Source: Atractiella rhizophila (taxonomy: Eukaryota). Taken from it: 45,243 nucleotides of DNA. Numbering within the stretch: position 1 is the stretch's first letter; each line of letters starts with the position of its first letter. Below are positions 23,717 to 36,466 of the stretch, piece after piece. The DNA lies in NCBI GenBank assembly GCA_021432655.1, contig MU271553.1, forward strand, positions 1 to 45,243, written 5' to 3'. The position numbers and the translations under genes are program-made. The notes under the pieces were generated by a model. It saw nothing but the letters and a program-made list of their open reading frames with translations, made no database searches and had not been told where the DNA came from.

Positions 23717-24539
23717 TGATCCTGGACATACTTCACTCGCATTCTAGGGAAGACACGAGAAGAAGGTGCAGAGTTCGTATCCCTCTCCATCTAACATAGC
23801 ATTAAAAGTTACTGACTAGGAGCAGGCTGGAATTTGTTCGGGGACAATACCATCCAACCATCCTCGCCCCGTATTCAATGTACCACTTCACACAAAAGTC
23901 ACCTCCTCTTACACTACACCTCGTGCTCGATGGTTACGAGCAATCTTAGTACCCCAACCACACCCAGTCCTTCCCAGCGCACTATTAAAACACAAGGGGG
24001 TAAAAGCCAAATGTATTTCGTACTACATGGAGTGGAGTCAGTTTCCCAGAGTTTATCTGCTGGTTCTTGAGGGATCAGGAAACGAGGGTTACGGGAAATG
24101 ATGATGGATGGGAAGGAGTAGAATTGTTGATGATTACTCATTCCTTGAGGAAGCTTCAGGGGCATGAGGAGACCGGGTTTATGAGGAGACGCTCTCTGTC
24201 TGTATTACAGATGTCTTCCCCCATGCAAACAATTCTGCTGATGCCCGGTAAAAGCACCTAAGACATCAAGTTTCGTCCAAAGTCCCACAAAGTAAAGAGG
24301 TCGATTCACCCTTGACTCTTGCTTGAGTTGTTCTTATGTTTGACGACGGCTCGTGCATTCGAGGAGAGCTACTTAAGAGAGCAGTAGGAGCTGCTGTCGA
24401 TTTTCGAAGACGTGATATATCAATGATACCATCCCTTGAACTGCTTGTGGCAGTACAAATCCTACCCCTCTGACCGTTCATTTCCTTAAGAGTCTCAAGA
24501 GTTGCATTAGCAAAGGTGCGATGCTCAGTCGTCATCGTA

Positions 24540-26230
24540 TCAATTGATGATGGTCTTGAGTCTGAGTCCTCCCCTTCCTCTGCTTTCGCCTCCTAGAACA
24601 ACAGATCATCACTCAGTCTGAACTTCACAATATCACAGCTGCAGGGATAAGGGGACAGACGAACCTATGGGGTCTTGAATGTGTGAATTGCACGTTGAGC
24701 TTGTAGCTCTAAGTTATGAGCAGCTTCGAGTACACAAGGGCTTTGGCGACCAAATTGCTTCCTTACTCATACAAGCTCGAGCCGTTTATCTATCAAGCAA
24801 ATCAATAACCAACAGGGAGGTGTCAGAAAAGGCGGTTACGAGGCACGTAGTAGGAGGGAGGACTGGGAGGAACCCTCGACGGTTACAGCCGATGCTGTGA
24901 TGGGCACTTGGACAAATTCGTTGCCCATTCCGAATCAGATGTATGTTCGTCCCTCCTTGATAAGGCGGAAGGCGGCTTGGATGCATGGCTGTTCCATTCG
25001 TGCATCACACCAATATCCAACTTGCAGAATGGGACAGGGACAGGAGGAGAAACGAACCTTGGCCTGCATGCAGTCTAAGTCCCATCCATGCCATCCAATC
25101 CCCTGTCTGCAACCCTGAGCTCCTCCGTCGTGACTCTCGTGACCCTCCTTGAATACACAATCCTCCTCCGCTAAACCATGACCACAAACACGGTGAAAGA
25201 ATCGTAAGACAGAACACGCATACGAGAGGTGACATTTGGACGCACTTTTCGGACGATCAAAGTCTCCAACCCCACATACCTGTTCACGAAAGACAGCTTA
25301 CGCTCTTGGATGTCGACAGTGATTCTCTTTCTAGCGTCTCGCGACTGAGTGTGAGAAGAGTCCAACGGGACAAGCTCTTCACAACAACGTTATTATTCTG
25401 TATTTAACAAGACAAAGGAGTAGTAGTGGGGGGAGGGAAACGAACCCGCAGATGGCGACGTTTAATGCAGCTTTCATCCACTGATACGTGCCACGCTTGG
25501 GCAGCCACAGAGAGCGACCCGACCATCCTTCTTCTAGGGAAACGTTCCATCCAGTAGGTTTCGTGCAATAGATAATCCATGGAGCACAGGGAATCGAATG
25601 CACATCCTGGAGTTTGCAGGCGCTTCCAGCACAGACGTGATAAGCCGCAATCGGAAAGAGGAGCAGACGAGAGGGAGAGGTCGTACAGTCGCCTCAGGTC
25701 GTAGAACCCTTGGAGGGTTCCGTCCTGCCGTCCAATGCAGTTAGCACCCAAACATGTGCCACAGAGCGAACGGAAGGAAGAGGAATGACGGACGAAAGGA
25801 GGGCTAGCAGCGAACTTGATGGAAGGGCATAGCTCATACCTTCCTGCCTTGCAGTCGTAACAGTCATAAGAGCCTCTCTCTCTCTCCAGGCTCAAGTGCG
25901 ACGTGATCTCCCTTCTTGCGGTGTGTGACTTTGGGCCAGACGATGTTCATTTTCTTTAGCAAGTGGATGAGAGGCGGGAAGGAGACGTGGAGACGTACCA
26001 GCATCGACTACGCTGGCAGTTCGTGACCCAAGACGATAGCATCTCTTGACGATGATACCTGCGATCTTGCCATTAGCGGAAGACGGGACCACAGACGCCC
26101 TTGCGTGAATTCTCCAGTGGTGTCTCGTGAGATCTTGCGCATTGGTAACGCGCCGCGTCGCGAATGTGATCTGTGAGAGCGAAAGCGAACAAGTTTTCGG
26201 TTAGTCCTTCTCCCCGAAACTACGAACATC
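24540..26230 (-). pseudogene. Sorbitol/xylitol dehydrogenase-like pseudogene, unit B (near full length, decayed)
   Basis: GKIAG..VK..IVLGHE; CYDCKAGRYELCPSIKFAASPPF|DGTLQGFYDL; CIQAAFRLIKEGRTYI*FGMGNEFVQVPITA; ITHRF-like segment. Multiple frameshifts and stops. Confidence 0.8.
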
Positions 26231-28848
26231 TCACACCGCTGTGCCTCACGTCTTCCGCCGTCCCTCCGCCGTTCTTCCCTCTTCCCGCTCTGAGATGTAT
26301 GCAGTCCCACTCCTCTCCGCCTCACCTCTATCACGTCGTCTAATCCGTCCACAGTCTCCTTCGCTCTGGTGTCCCTCTCCTGTTTCAGCCTGCTCCGGCA
26401 TGCTTCAGCTCCGCTACCCTCCACATTCCTCTTTCGCCGTAGCTATCCTCCACCGCCTGCTTTGCTCATGTGCCCTTCCCACACACGAAGGATGATGTAG
26501 TCGGTTGCACTGGTGTGAGCACGTGGTAAATGGGCAAGGACAATCAGCGAGAGGAAGGCAGGGAAGATCTTAAGATGCATTGTGAACAGAATGGGTCGTA
26601 ATGGAAGGTGAAGAATGACAAAGATGTAAAGGCACAGCAAAGCTCACGACACCATGACGGACAGCACTGACCGAGAAGGAAGTGCCTGGGCTGTTAACCA
26701 GCGAAAGAGAGTGTGAGCAGCAGGTAATCGATGAGCAGTGTAGGGCAAGAAGGAGCGAAAAAAAGTGCGAAACAGGGGAATGGATGAACGGAAGGCTAAA
26801 AGCCCTATATAGTACAAAGAGTTACTAAAGAAAGAGATGAGCTTCCCCTCCCCTTCTCCTCTTTTTGCAATCGCGGTTACTGAACTAGGAATTAGGTTCC
26901 TCGCCTACTCACCATACCCATCATCACTCTGCCCCCTGTAGCCCTTTCATGCTTCAGCCCTGCTCGAGGCTCCCAGCGTCCCTACTTACCTTCGCTGCTG
27001 AGGCTACGAAGCAAGAGAGCAGTGCGAGGGAAGTGCGGGACGCAAAAGGTGACGCGGGAGCCCAGTGAGCGCCATCCTGCACCAGTCTCAATACCCCCCT
27101 CCGACCTATCCCGCTTTCCCGTAACCTTCGCGTTGGTTCTCTCGCTACGGCGTCTCTCTCTCCTCACCTGTGTGCTCTCGCCACCCATCATCCTCCGCTC
27201 CTCAGTAACCTCTATGCCCTCCGAAATGAACGCCAAGGCCAAGTTGAAAGTCGGATGGCGAAAGCAGAGAACGAAAGTGACACAGCAGGTGGAACATTAC
27301 GATGGATATGGGAGAGGCATGGGATGCTTTCTCTAACCTACCCCTACCTCTCGCGTCACCTCTCCAACATCACTCAAACCCGTTTCCGCCGCCCCTCACC
27401 TGTAGCCAACTTTGTTTCGTCCTCGACATCGGAATCAACCACGAAGCGTAGTGGTGACTGGTGATGGCCAGAGAACTGGATTGTGGCACAGATGGGGTGA
27501 AAAAGAGGACCGAAAGACGTCGCGGCCCACCCATTCGCCCATCCCCCAGTCGTGCCGCTGTCTTTCGCACATGCGCCTATTCCCTGCTGTCCACATTGCA
27601 TAGGCAATGCATTCCTACTCCTCCATCGCTCTTCTATGTTCTCTTGCACATTGGTAATCTAAATGGACCCAGAGAGCGACGGACACATCAAATGATGAAA
27701 ATGTGGACAAAGCGAAAGAGTTCGGTTGGTGATCACAGAAGAACGGGAGATTGAATATCCAGCGTCTCTCCCGCTCCTTTTCCACCCCGCCATCTCCTTT
27801 TGCCTCCCTTAGCCTCTCGCTCCACCTCGCATCCCTCCGCCAAGGTTCATCCTTCATTCCGCATTCCCCCAACCGCTCCGCCTTTTTCACGTTCTGGCCT
27901 CGTTGAGGCATTCCGTTCTGGTGGCAGTGTATTCCGTTTCTCCCTTCCTCTCTCCCTGCTACAAGTGTCCTAACTGACATGCCCACTAGGTCCTTTGCTC
28001 CGCGGCTCCATTTTCTGCTACACTTACTCCACCTCCTCTCACACTCCACCGTCTCTCACCCCTCTACTAAGCCCGTGAAAGCTCGGACGTCCAACGTGGA
28101 CTGAAGGTTGGAAGTCGGATAGCGAAAGGGGAGGCAGGAGGGGATGTCAGAGGGACACATTCCGCACCTCTGCTCCTGCTCGTCGCCGTTCTATGCCCCT
28201 CTATTCCATGCCGCCTCATCCTATTCTCTCTCCCACCCCATTCTCCAACTTCTGTCGCACTCCGGCTCGCACTCCAAGGATCACCTTCGACCGACGCTTG
28301 CTTCGTGACTTGGATGTCAACAATGAAATGGTTGAGAGGAGAGCTATATAGGCAGTGTTGGATCAGGGACCAAGAGGACGGCTAGGTCGGCCGCTGTCGT
28401 GCTCCTAAATCTCTACCCTCCCTCTTGTTTCCCATCTTGACTCAAGTGTCATCTATGTCCTCGCAAGTGGCCTCCTCGGCCTCCTCTGTAATCCTGATTG
28501 CTAACTGCCCTCCCTAATGTCCCAGCCCTATCTAGCCTTGCTCTCACAGTCAGATATGGACGAAGCATCAATATCAGGCGTTCTGCCTAGCTCTTGCAGT
28601 GTAACTTAGGTACTGGTATTGCAAGGCATTTCAGTTCTTTTGCATATTTTAGGCTTTCCTGTGACATTATCTGGTAGTTAAGTGCGAGAGAACCAAAGCC
28701 TTCACCGTCCGGACGCCGACTTCAACCCAACACCATTCGAATTGCAAACGGCCGCGCAATCCATAGACTCCCACGAACGGTTATGCGATCTCCACCTTCA
28801 CGAGTGGTGATATCTGATTTGCCTGATCATTGCGCCGAGAACGTCGAG

Positions 28849-30661
28849 ATGGTTCAAGTTGGACAATCCACTGATGCGCTGCAGGCATGATATGATCTTT
28901 CCCCTTCTCTTCTCTCGTTTAACATGAATTCGTGGGCTTCAGTCCAGTGTATCTTCTCTGCAAAGAATTGAGAAGGAAACATTGATTTCACGGGAGGATG
29001 ATCAGGGAACAGAGTCGATGGCACTGGTCCATCTCATCACTCCAGTAACATTACGACATGGCACTCCGATCCACCTCTCCATTCTCCCCTCTTTCCTTTC
29101 TCGCCTACCTCCATCAATTCACATGCTCCGGATCACATTTGTCTTGCCTATTGACTTCTGGAGTGAGGATTATGGGCCGTCGAAATCATCCTACTTCTCT
29201 CTGGCAGGTCTCGAAAATGAAGTAGAACCCGACGGTACAGTGATTCTTTGCGTCGCATTGGAGGAGGAAAGCATTGCAGTGACTTTTGGGGATGCTAAAT
29301 ATCTTGTATCCGTGGATATGGATGACCTGGAGGAGCCGCCCTTCACATGCACGTTTCACCTTCCAGATAATCGCTCTGAGGTCCTCTTTGAACCCGTTGC
29401 CCTATACTCCAAGGAGCAACAGCGTTTCATTCCTCTCAGCGAATGGGAGGAATCGACCATCCCATCCACCGGTCTGGGGACAACCATCCAACTCTCGCTC
29501 TCCACAACTCGACCTACAAGTATTAGTTTATGCAGTATCACACACCTTCCTACTGAGATCCTCTCACTCATTTTTGAGTTCCTTTCACTTGATGAAAATA
29601 TTGAAGATCTCGAATATGAACCTCTCGTTTCCTTCGAGCGACTTTCTGCCGTCTGTCAGCTCTGGAAGGCTGTTTCAGCCCCATATTTGAGTGAGCATGT
29701 TTCTGTGAAGGAGATGCATGCTCGTTTGACAGCTTATCCTAATGCCGGGCGTTTGCGGACATATCTCCCGTTTGTGAGTGAGGACGATGACATCAGCGGT
29801 GAGATGGCGAAAGACGTCATCGCCAGCGCACCGAACGTTAGGAACGTGTACATGGATGCATTGTGGAATGAAGAGGAAGCGAAGATTGTGTTGCATGCGA
29901 TTGAAGGCTTGAGGAAGTTGAATATGGTAACCTTTGGAGAGTATGGTTTGAGAAAGTGGAAGAAAGATGAGGTCGAGAATTTTATGTGGAGGATGGGTGA
30001 CAGGATCAGATCCTTCGATGCATACGACGTCAAGGACTCTGCCTCGTCGACATCACCAGGCCTTCAATTAACATCTGACCTCAAAGTCCTACTGCTTAGC
30101 ACATACCCGCCTCTTCCATCGCTCTCTCTCCCACTCACCCTCACGTATTTGTATCTCTCCAACCTGTGTCCCCTCCCTTCCTCCGTCTCAGGCTCCTGTC
30201 TGCCGCCTCTTCTATGGTATCTCAAGATCAAGCTTGCCCCCTACACGCCCGATGGAAAGACCTCCATCCTACCCAGTCCACTCGACCTATCACACCTCAA
30301 ACATCTCACCGAACTCTACCTCGACGGTGGTGAGGAGACCTCAAACCTCGTTTTCCCCGAGTTGTTTCACACCCTCAGAAATGCCGAAGCGATAAATTGC
30401 ATACGTGTTTGGTACTGTGTGGTGGACTGGGCATTCACTCGGTTCGTATTCTCAGAGTTCATCCGCTGGTTCTTTGGGGACAGGGGGTTGAACCAGGAGG
30501 AGGATATGGTGGATGATGCTGAGGGACGCGAGTTGAGCGTTCAGTTATTCTTTGGAGGGTGGCTTGAGGAAGACATATTCAAAGCTAGGAGCATGTTGAG
30601 AGAGTTTGGTGTGAGCGAGCGGGATAAAAGTACATGGGTTCAAGAGGGAGGGGAGGAGTGA
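28849..30661 (+). CDS. F-box + LRR-like protein, copy C
   Basis: 559-aa ORF 28982-30661 (called from TTG, so the true start is upstream). SITHLPTEILSLIFEFL...LSAVCQLWKAV. Probable first exon 28849-28884. Confidence 0.85.
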
Positions 30662-31379
30662 TGCTCGAGGTACAGATTTGATCTGTGTTCTAGAGAAGAA
30701 AGAGAAGAAGGTGCACAGTTTGTATCCATCTCTCCATCTAATGCAGAATTGAAATGATGCGGGTTCATATAGGACGACGTCAATCATCCATCCCCTAGCT
30801 TTATTCATCGTATCACATCTCACAAATCTCTCCTCCTTCATGCCCAACAACTCACGCTCGACAATTGCAAGAAATCTTCAACCATGTTCGCACCAAATCC
30901 TTCTGCATGTACTGTTAGAGTCCAATGTCGTTAAAGTTTCCTATGTCCTACTTCCCGGTGTGATTCGATTTCCCAAAGTTTATCGAAGAGGGATGTGGAC
31001 AATGATGGATGGGGGGAGGGGGGAGGATTATTTAGTTCCTTGAAGAGGTATGAGGAGATTTGGTGTGTGAGGAGGATGCTGTCTGTGTGTATTACGGGTG
31101 TCTACTCTCATGCAAACAATTCACTGACTCGCTGTAAAAGGGTTTAAGACATCAAATTCCGCCCAGAAAGTGTCACAATGTGGTCTCTTGCTTAAGCTGT
31201 TCTCACGATTGATGATGACTCTTGCGTTCCGATCATGGACGCCGTCGGAGGTCAAAGACGTGGTACAATGCCAACAATGGAATTCCTTCAGCCCCTGGTT
31301 GAAGGACCAAGTTCCCATCTTGTTGTCCCTTCATTCCTTAATCTTTGTCCAAAGAGTTCCATTTAAGCATTCTTCGAGG

Positions 31380-33860
31380 TTCGGTCATTGTCGTGATTGC
31401 GTTCTCTTCATCCTCTGCCCTTCGCTTCCTAGAAACGTGCATCACCCAGTGTCAACCTCAGAACCTCACAGGAGAGGGGAGAGACGAACCTGAGCGGTCC
31501 TAAAAGCGCGGATTGCATTTTTGAATATAAAGCGATGTGTTATGAGCCTCTCAGCAGTCTACGAGCCCCCTAATGCTTGCTCCTAACACCCGGTTCGTAT
31601 TCATTGAGCAAATCAATAAGTACGAAGCGTCAGAGCAAAGTTATAGTGCAAGAGGTAGAAGGGAGGTCGGACCTGGAAAAACTGTTGACGGTCACATCCT
31701 TCGTGAGGATGGCAGTGATGGGGGCGCCTGGACGAACTCGTTGCCTATTCCGGCTTGGGTGTACATTCTGCCATCCTTGACAAGGTAGACGGCCTGAATG
31801 CACTTCTGTTCTCGTCCATCTATCACCATCAGTACATCAATCTTCAAAATGTCGGATGGAAAGCAAGGACACACGCACTTCGCCCCTATGCAGTCTACGT
31901 GGAGGTCGATACTCCAATCCCTAGTATGCAACCTTGAACTTCTCCTTCATGATCCCCGCGGTCTTCATCGAGTACGCTATCCTCTGCTCTCCCTCCTTCA
32001 CTAAACCACAAACGCAAAACACGGCGGGCAAAAGAAAGATAAACGTGAGTCAAGCCATGCATAAGAGACGTTACAGTTGGACGCACGTTTGGGACATGAA
32101 AGTCTCTGATTCCACATACATATTTGCGAAGCCAGCCTGCCGCTCATGACTGTCGACGGCGATTCTCCTTCTACCGCGCCAACGCCTTCCCGACTGCCTG
32201 TGCGAGGACTCCTACTAGCTCGGCTCTTCACAACACCATTGGTATTTTTCTTTTGCCGATAGAGCAGAAGAAGGGGGAGGAAGACGAACCCGCAGATGGC
32301 GACGTTCAACCCAGCTTTCGTCGACTACGACGTGCCACACTTTGGACTGCCACGGAGAGCGGTCCTGCCATCACTTCTCCTCTTAGGGAAACGTTCTATC
32401 CATTCGGTTTCGTTGATCAAGATATTCCATGGGAGCAGAGGGAATGGAACACACATCCTGAAGTTTGTAGGCGCTTTCCAGCACAGAAATGATAAGTGAG
32501 CGATCGGGGAGATGAGTAGACGAGAGGAGCGGTCGTAAAGGTCGTCTCGGAACTTGTAGAACCCTTCAAGAGTTCCGTCCTGTCATCCAATGCGGTTAGC
32601 GCCCAAACATGTACCACAAAGAGGACAAAAGAATGGGAAAAACTCACAAAGGAAGGGTAGCGGCGAACTTGATGGAAGGCATAGCTCATGCCTTGCCGCT
32701 TTGCAGTCGTAAGATGTCCTAAAAGTCACTGTCCGGGCTAAAGTGCGACGCGATCTCCCCTTCTTGAGATGTTTGACTTTGGGCCAAACAATGTTCATTT
32801 TCTTAGCAAGAGGATGAGAGACGGGCAGCGGGGAGAGGTAGAAACGGAGAGCGACTACGCAGGCAGTTTCATGACTCAAGACCATAGACCATAGCTACTT
32901 TGATGCTGAAAATGCAAGGAGTTCTACGGGAATGGCTCTTCACGACAAAGTTATTATTGTTTATTCAACAGATAGAGGAGGAGTAGAGGGAGGGAGACGA
33001 ACCCGCAGGTGGCGACGTTCAACCCAGCTTTCATCGACTACTACGTGCCACACTTTGGAGTGCCACGGAGAGCGGATCGGCCATCACTTCTTCTCTTAGG
33101 GAAACGTTCTATTTATTCGGTTTCGTTATACAAGATATTCCATCGGAGCAGAGGGAATGGAACACACATCCTGAAGTTTGTAGGCGCTTTCCAGCACAGA
33201 AACGATAAGTGAGCGATCGGGGAGATGAGTAGACGAGAGGAGCGGTCGTACAGGTCGTCTCGGAACTTGTAGAACCCTTCAAGAGTTCCGTCCTGTCATC
33301 TAATGCGGTTAGCACCCAAACATGTACCACAAAGAGTACAAAAGAATGGGAAAAACTCACAAAGGAAGGGTGGCGACGAACTTGATGGAAGGCATAGCTC
33401 ATGCCTTCCCGCTTTGCAGTCGTAAGATGTCCTAAAAGTCACTGTCCGGGCTAAAGTGCGACGCGATCTCCCCTTTCTTGAGGTGTGTGACTTCGGGCCA
33501 AACAATGTTCATTTTCTTAGCAAGAGGATGAGAGCGGGGAGAGGTGGAAACGTACCGCAGCGACTACGCAGGCAGTTTCATGACTCAAGACCATAGACCA
33601 TAGCTACTTTGACGCTGAAATCCACGATCTTTCCATTCGTGGACGTCGGAATCACCGACGACTTTGCGTGGATCCTGCTTCCATCAGTTGAGTTGCAAGT
33701 TGGGCACAGGAAGAAAAGGATGACAGACGGCTGTGGTGAGATCCTGCGTATTCGGAACGCGCCGCGTCGCGAGTGTGACCTGTGAAAGCGAAAGCGAACG
33801 AGTTTCCGGTTAGTCCTCCTCAACTACGAACATCTTACACCGCTGTGCCTAAGGTCTTCC
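31380..33860 (-). pseudogene. Sorbitol/xylitol dehydrogenase-like pseudogene, unit C, with internal ~713-bp tandem duplication (~32222-32912 / ~32934-33620)
   Basis: MVLSHETACVVA, KVKHLKKG.RVAL, YDCKAG/ARHELC present twice. CIQAVYLVKDGRMYTQAGIGNEFVQAP present once. Frameshifted. Confidence 0.8.
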
Positions 33861-34630
33861 GCCGTCCCTCTGCCGTCCCTTTGTATCAGGACACCATAAA
33901 TTCCATTTTCCTTTCCTCATAATTTCAGATATTGATGGTCATGTAATCTTTAAGGCATTTGATGAAAAGAATCCATTCGTGGGCTAAGTATACGTTACGT
34001 TCATACAAAACTCCTTGCATGTGTAGAGTTCTCAGACTCTTCTTTCCATATACGCCACAGCGTGCCAGCGACAGAACGTGATTCAAGAGACGTACCTTCA
34101 TATTCTATCTTTTTTTGAGTCGACCACCCACTAATCCTACGAGCCGCTGAGCTCCAGAACACACAGTGATTTCTGCCGGCCTTCACACAAAACCCAGCTC
34201 CTCAGGCCATCGTTAAGGGCAAAACTTGAACATCCATTTCCAACTCCTCATCCTCGTGAGTCCATCCCACGATCCCGCAGAGCCAACGGACGAATGTTGC
34301 GGAACTGAACCACTCCAGGCAGTAGGGTAGGTACGATTTTTAGCTTAATGGTATTCTAACGTTGTGTGTGGAAAGACCGCGTGTGAATGGGCTTGAAGAT
34401 TCCACGCAACCGCTGAGTGGGAGGTGTCGAGTACAAGGGAGGCGAGCTTTGGAAGGTACGGTACATTGAATAGCGGGGAGGGATGGACGGATGGCATTGT
34501 CCCGAATGAATTCCAGCCCTGATCCTAGTCACCCATTTTCAATGTTGCATTAGATATAGAGGGAACTGAACTGAGCACCTTTCTCTCGTGTCTTCTCTAG
34601 AACACGAGTGCAATCTGAGTATCTCCAGCA

Positions 34631-36466
34631 TCACTCCTCCCCACCCTCCCAAACCAATCTATATGCACGCTTCTTGCTCACCCCACACTCTTTCAAGGTA
34701 CTCCTTGCCTTGCATATCTCGTCCTCAAGCCACCCTCCAAAGAATAGCTCAACCATCAAGTAGCGTCCTCTCGTCGTCTTCACCTTTTCAGCTCCATCCT
34801 CCGTATCCCCCTCCTCCTTCACCCCCCTGGCCCCAAAGAACCAGCAGATGAAATCTGAGAATACGAACCCTGTGAATTGCCAGTGCACCACACAGTACCG
34901 AACATCTATGTGTCTTATCGCTTTTGCATTTGTGAGGGTGTGGAAGAACTGGGGGGAAACGAGGTTGGAAGTTTCCTCACCACCGTCGAGGTAGAGTTGG
35001 GTGAGATGTTTGAGGTGTGATAGGTCGAGTGAACTGGGTAGGATGGAGATCTTTCCATCTGGCGAGTAGGGGGCGAGTGTGATATTGAGATAGGCTAGAG
35101 GGGGCGGCAGACAGGAGCCTGAGACGGAGGGAGGGAGGGGACAAAGGTGGGAGAGAATCAGCCGTGTGAGGGAGAGTGGGAGGGACAGTGATGGGAGAGG
35201 CGGGTATGTGTGAAGCGTTAGGCCTTCGAGGTCAGATGATAATTGAAGGCCTAGTGATGGCGCCGAGGCAGAGTCCTCAACGTCAAAAGCACGGAAGGTT
35301 CTGATCCTGTCACCCATCCTCTGCATAAAATTCTCGACCTCATCCTTCTTCCACTTTCTCAAACCTCGCTCTCCAAAGGTTACCTTATTCAACTTCCTCA
35401 AGCCTTCAATTGCATGCAACACAATCTTCGCCTCCTCTTGATTCCAAAATGCATCCATCGCCAAATACGTAACGTTCGGCGAGCCAGCGATGACGTCTTT
35501 CGCCATCCCAACGCTGATGTCATCGTCAAGCCCACTCACAAATTCGAGGAATGTCCACAAATGTCCAGCATTAGGATAAGCTGTCAAACGAGCATGCATC
35601 TCCTTCACAGAAACATATCTGTTCAAATATGGGGCTGAAGCAGCCTTCCAGAACTGGCAGACCTCAGATACCTGGCGGAAGGAAACTAGATATCCACGAT
35701 CGAGACCTTCGATGAGCTGTTTATTTTCATCGAATGAAAGGAACTCGAAAACGAGAGTGAGGATCTCGGTAGGAAGGTGTGTGATAGTGCATATACTTAT
35801 CGCTGGAGCTCGAGTTGGAGAACATGAGAGTTGGATGGTTGTCCCTAGACTAGGGGATGTGATGATTGATTCCTCCCATTCGCTGCAAGGAACGAAATGC
35901 CGTTTCTTCTGCGAGTATAGGGCAACGGGGTCAAAGATGGCCTCAGAGCGATTGTCTGGAAGATGAAATGTGCAGGTGAAGGGCTGCACGTCCAGGTCAT
36001 CCATATCCACGGATGCAAGATATTTGGCGTCCCCAAAAGTCACCGCAATACTTTCCTCCTCCAACGCGATGCAAAGAATCCCTGTACCGTCGGGTTCGAC
36101 TTCATTTTCTAGACCTGCCAGAGAGAAGTAGGATGATTTCGATGGCCCATAATCCTCCATCCAGAAGTCAAGAGGCAAGACAAATGTGATCCGGAGAATG
36201 TGAATTGATGAAGGTAGGCGAGAAAGGAAAGAGAGAAGAATGGATAGATGTAGCAGACTGCCATGTCGTAGGGTTACTGGGGTGATGAGATGGACCTGTG
36301 CGATTGACTCTGTTCCATGATCATTCTCCTGTGAAGTCAATGTTCTTCTTTTTTTCATTCTGGGAGATAACATGCTGGACTAAAGACCACGAATTCATGT
36401 TAAACGGACAAAGAGAAAGGAAAGATCATATCATGCCTGTAGCGCATCCGCGCGTTGTCCAACCAT
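34631..36466 (-). CDS. F-box + LRR-like protein, copy D (inverted unit)
   Basis: 580-aa ORF 36373-34631. TITHLPTEILTLVFEFL...VSEVCQFWKAA. Probable first exon 36466-36437. Confidence 0.85.

Noticed and set aside
14310..36373. Diversity-generating retroelement or CRISPR-like mechanism behind the variable sites
   Set aside because: No reverse transcriptase, no template/variable repeat pair and no repeat-spacer array. Variation is not restricted to adenines.
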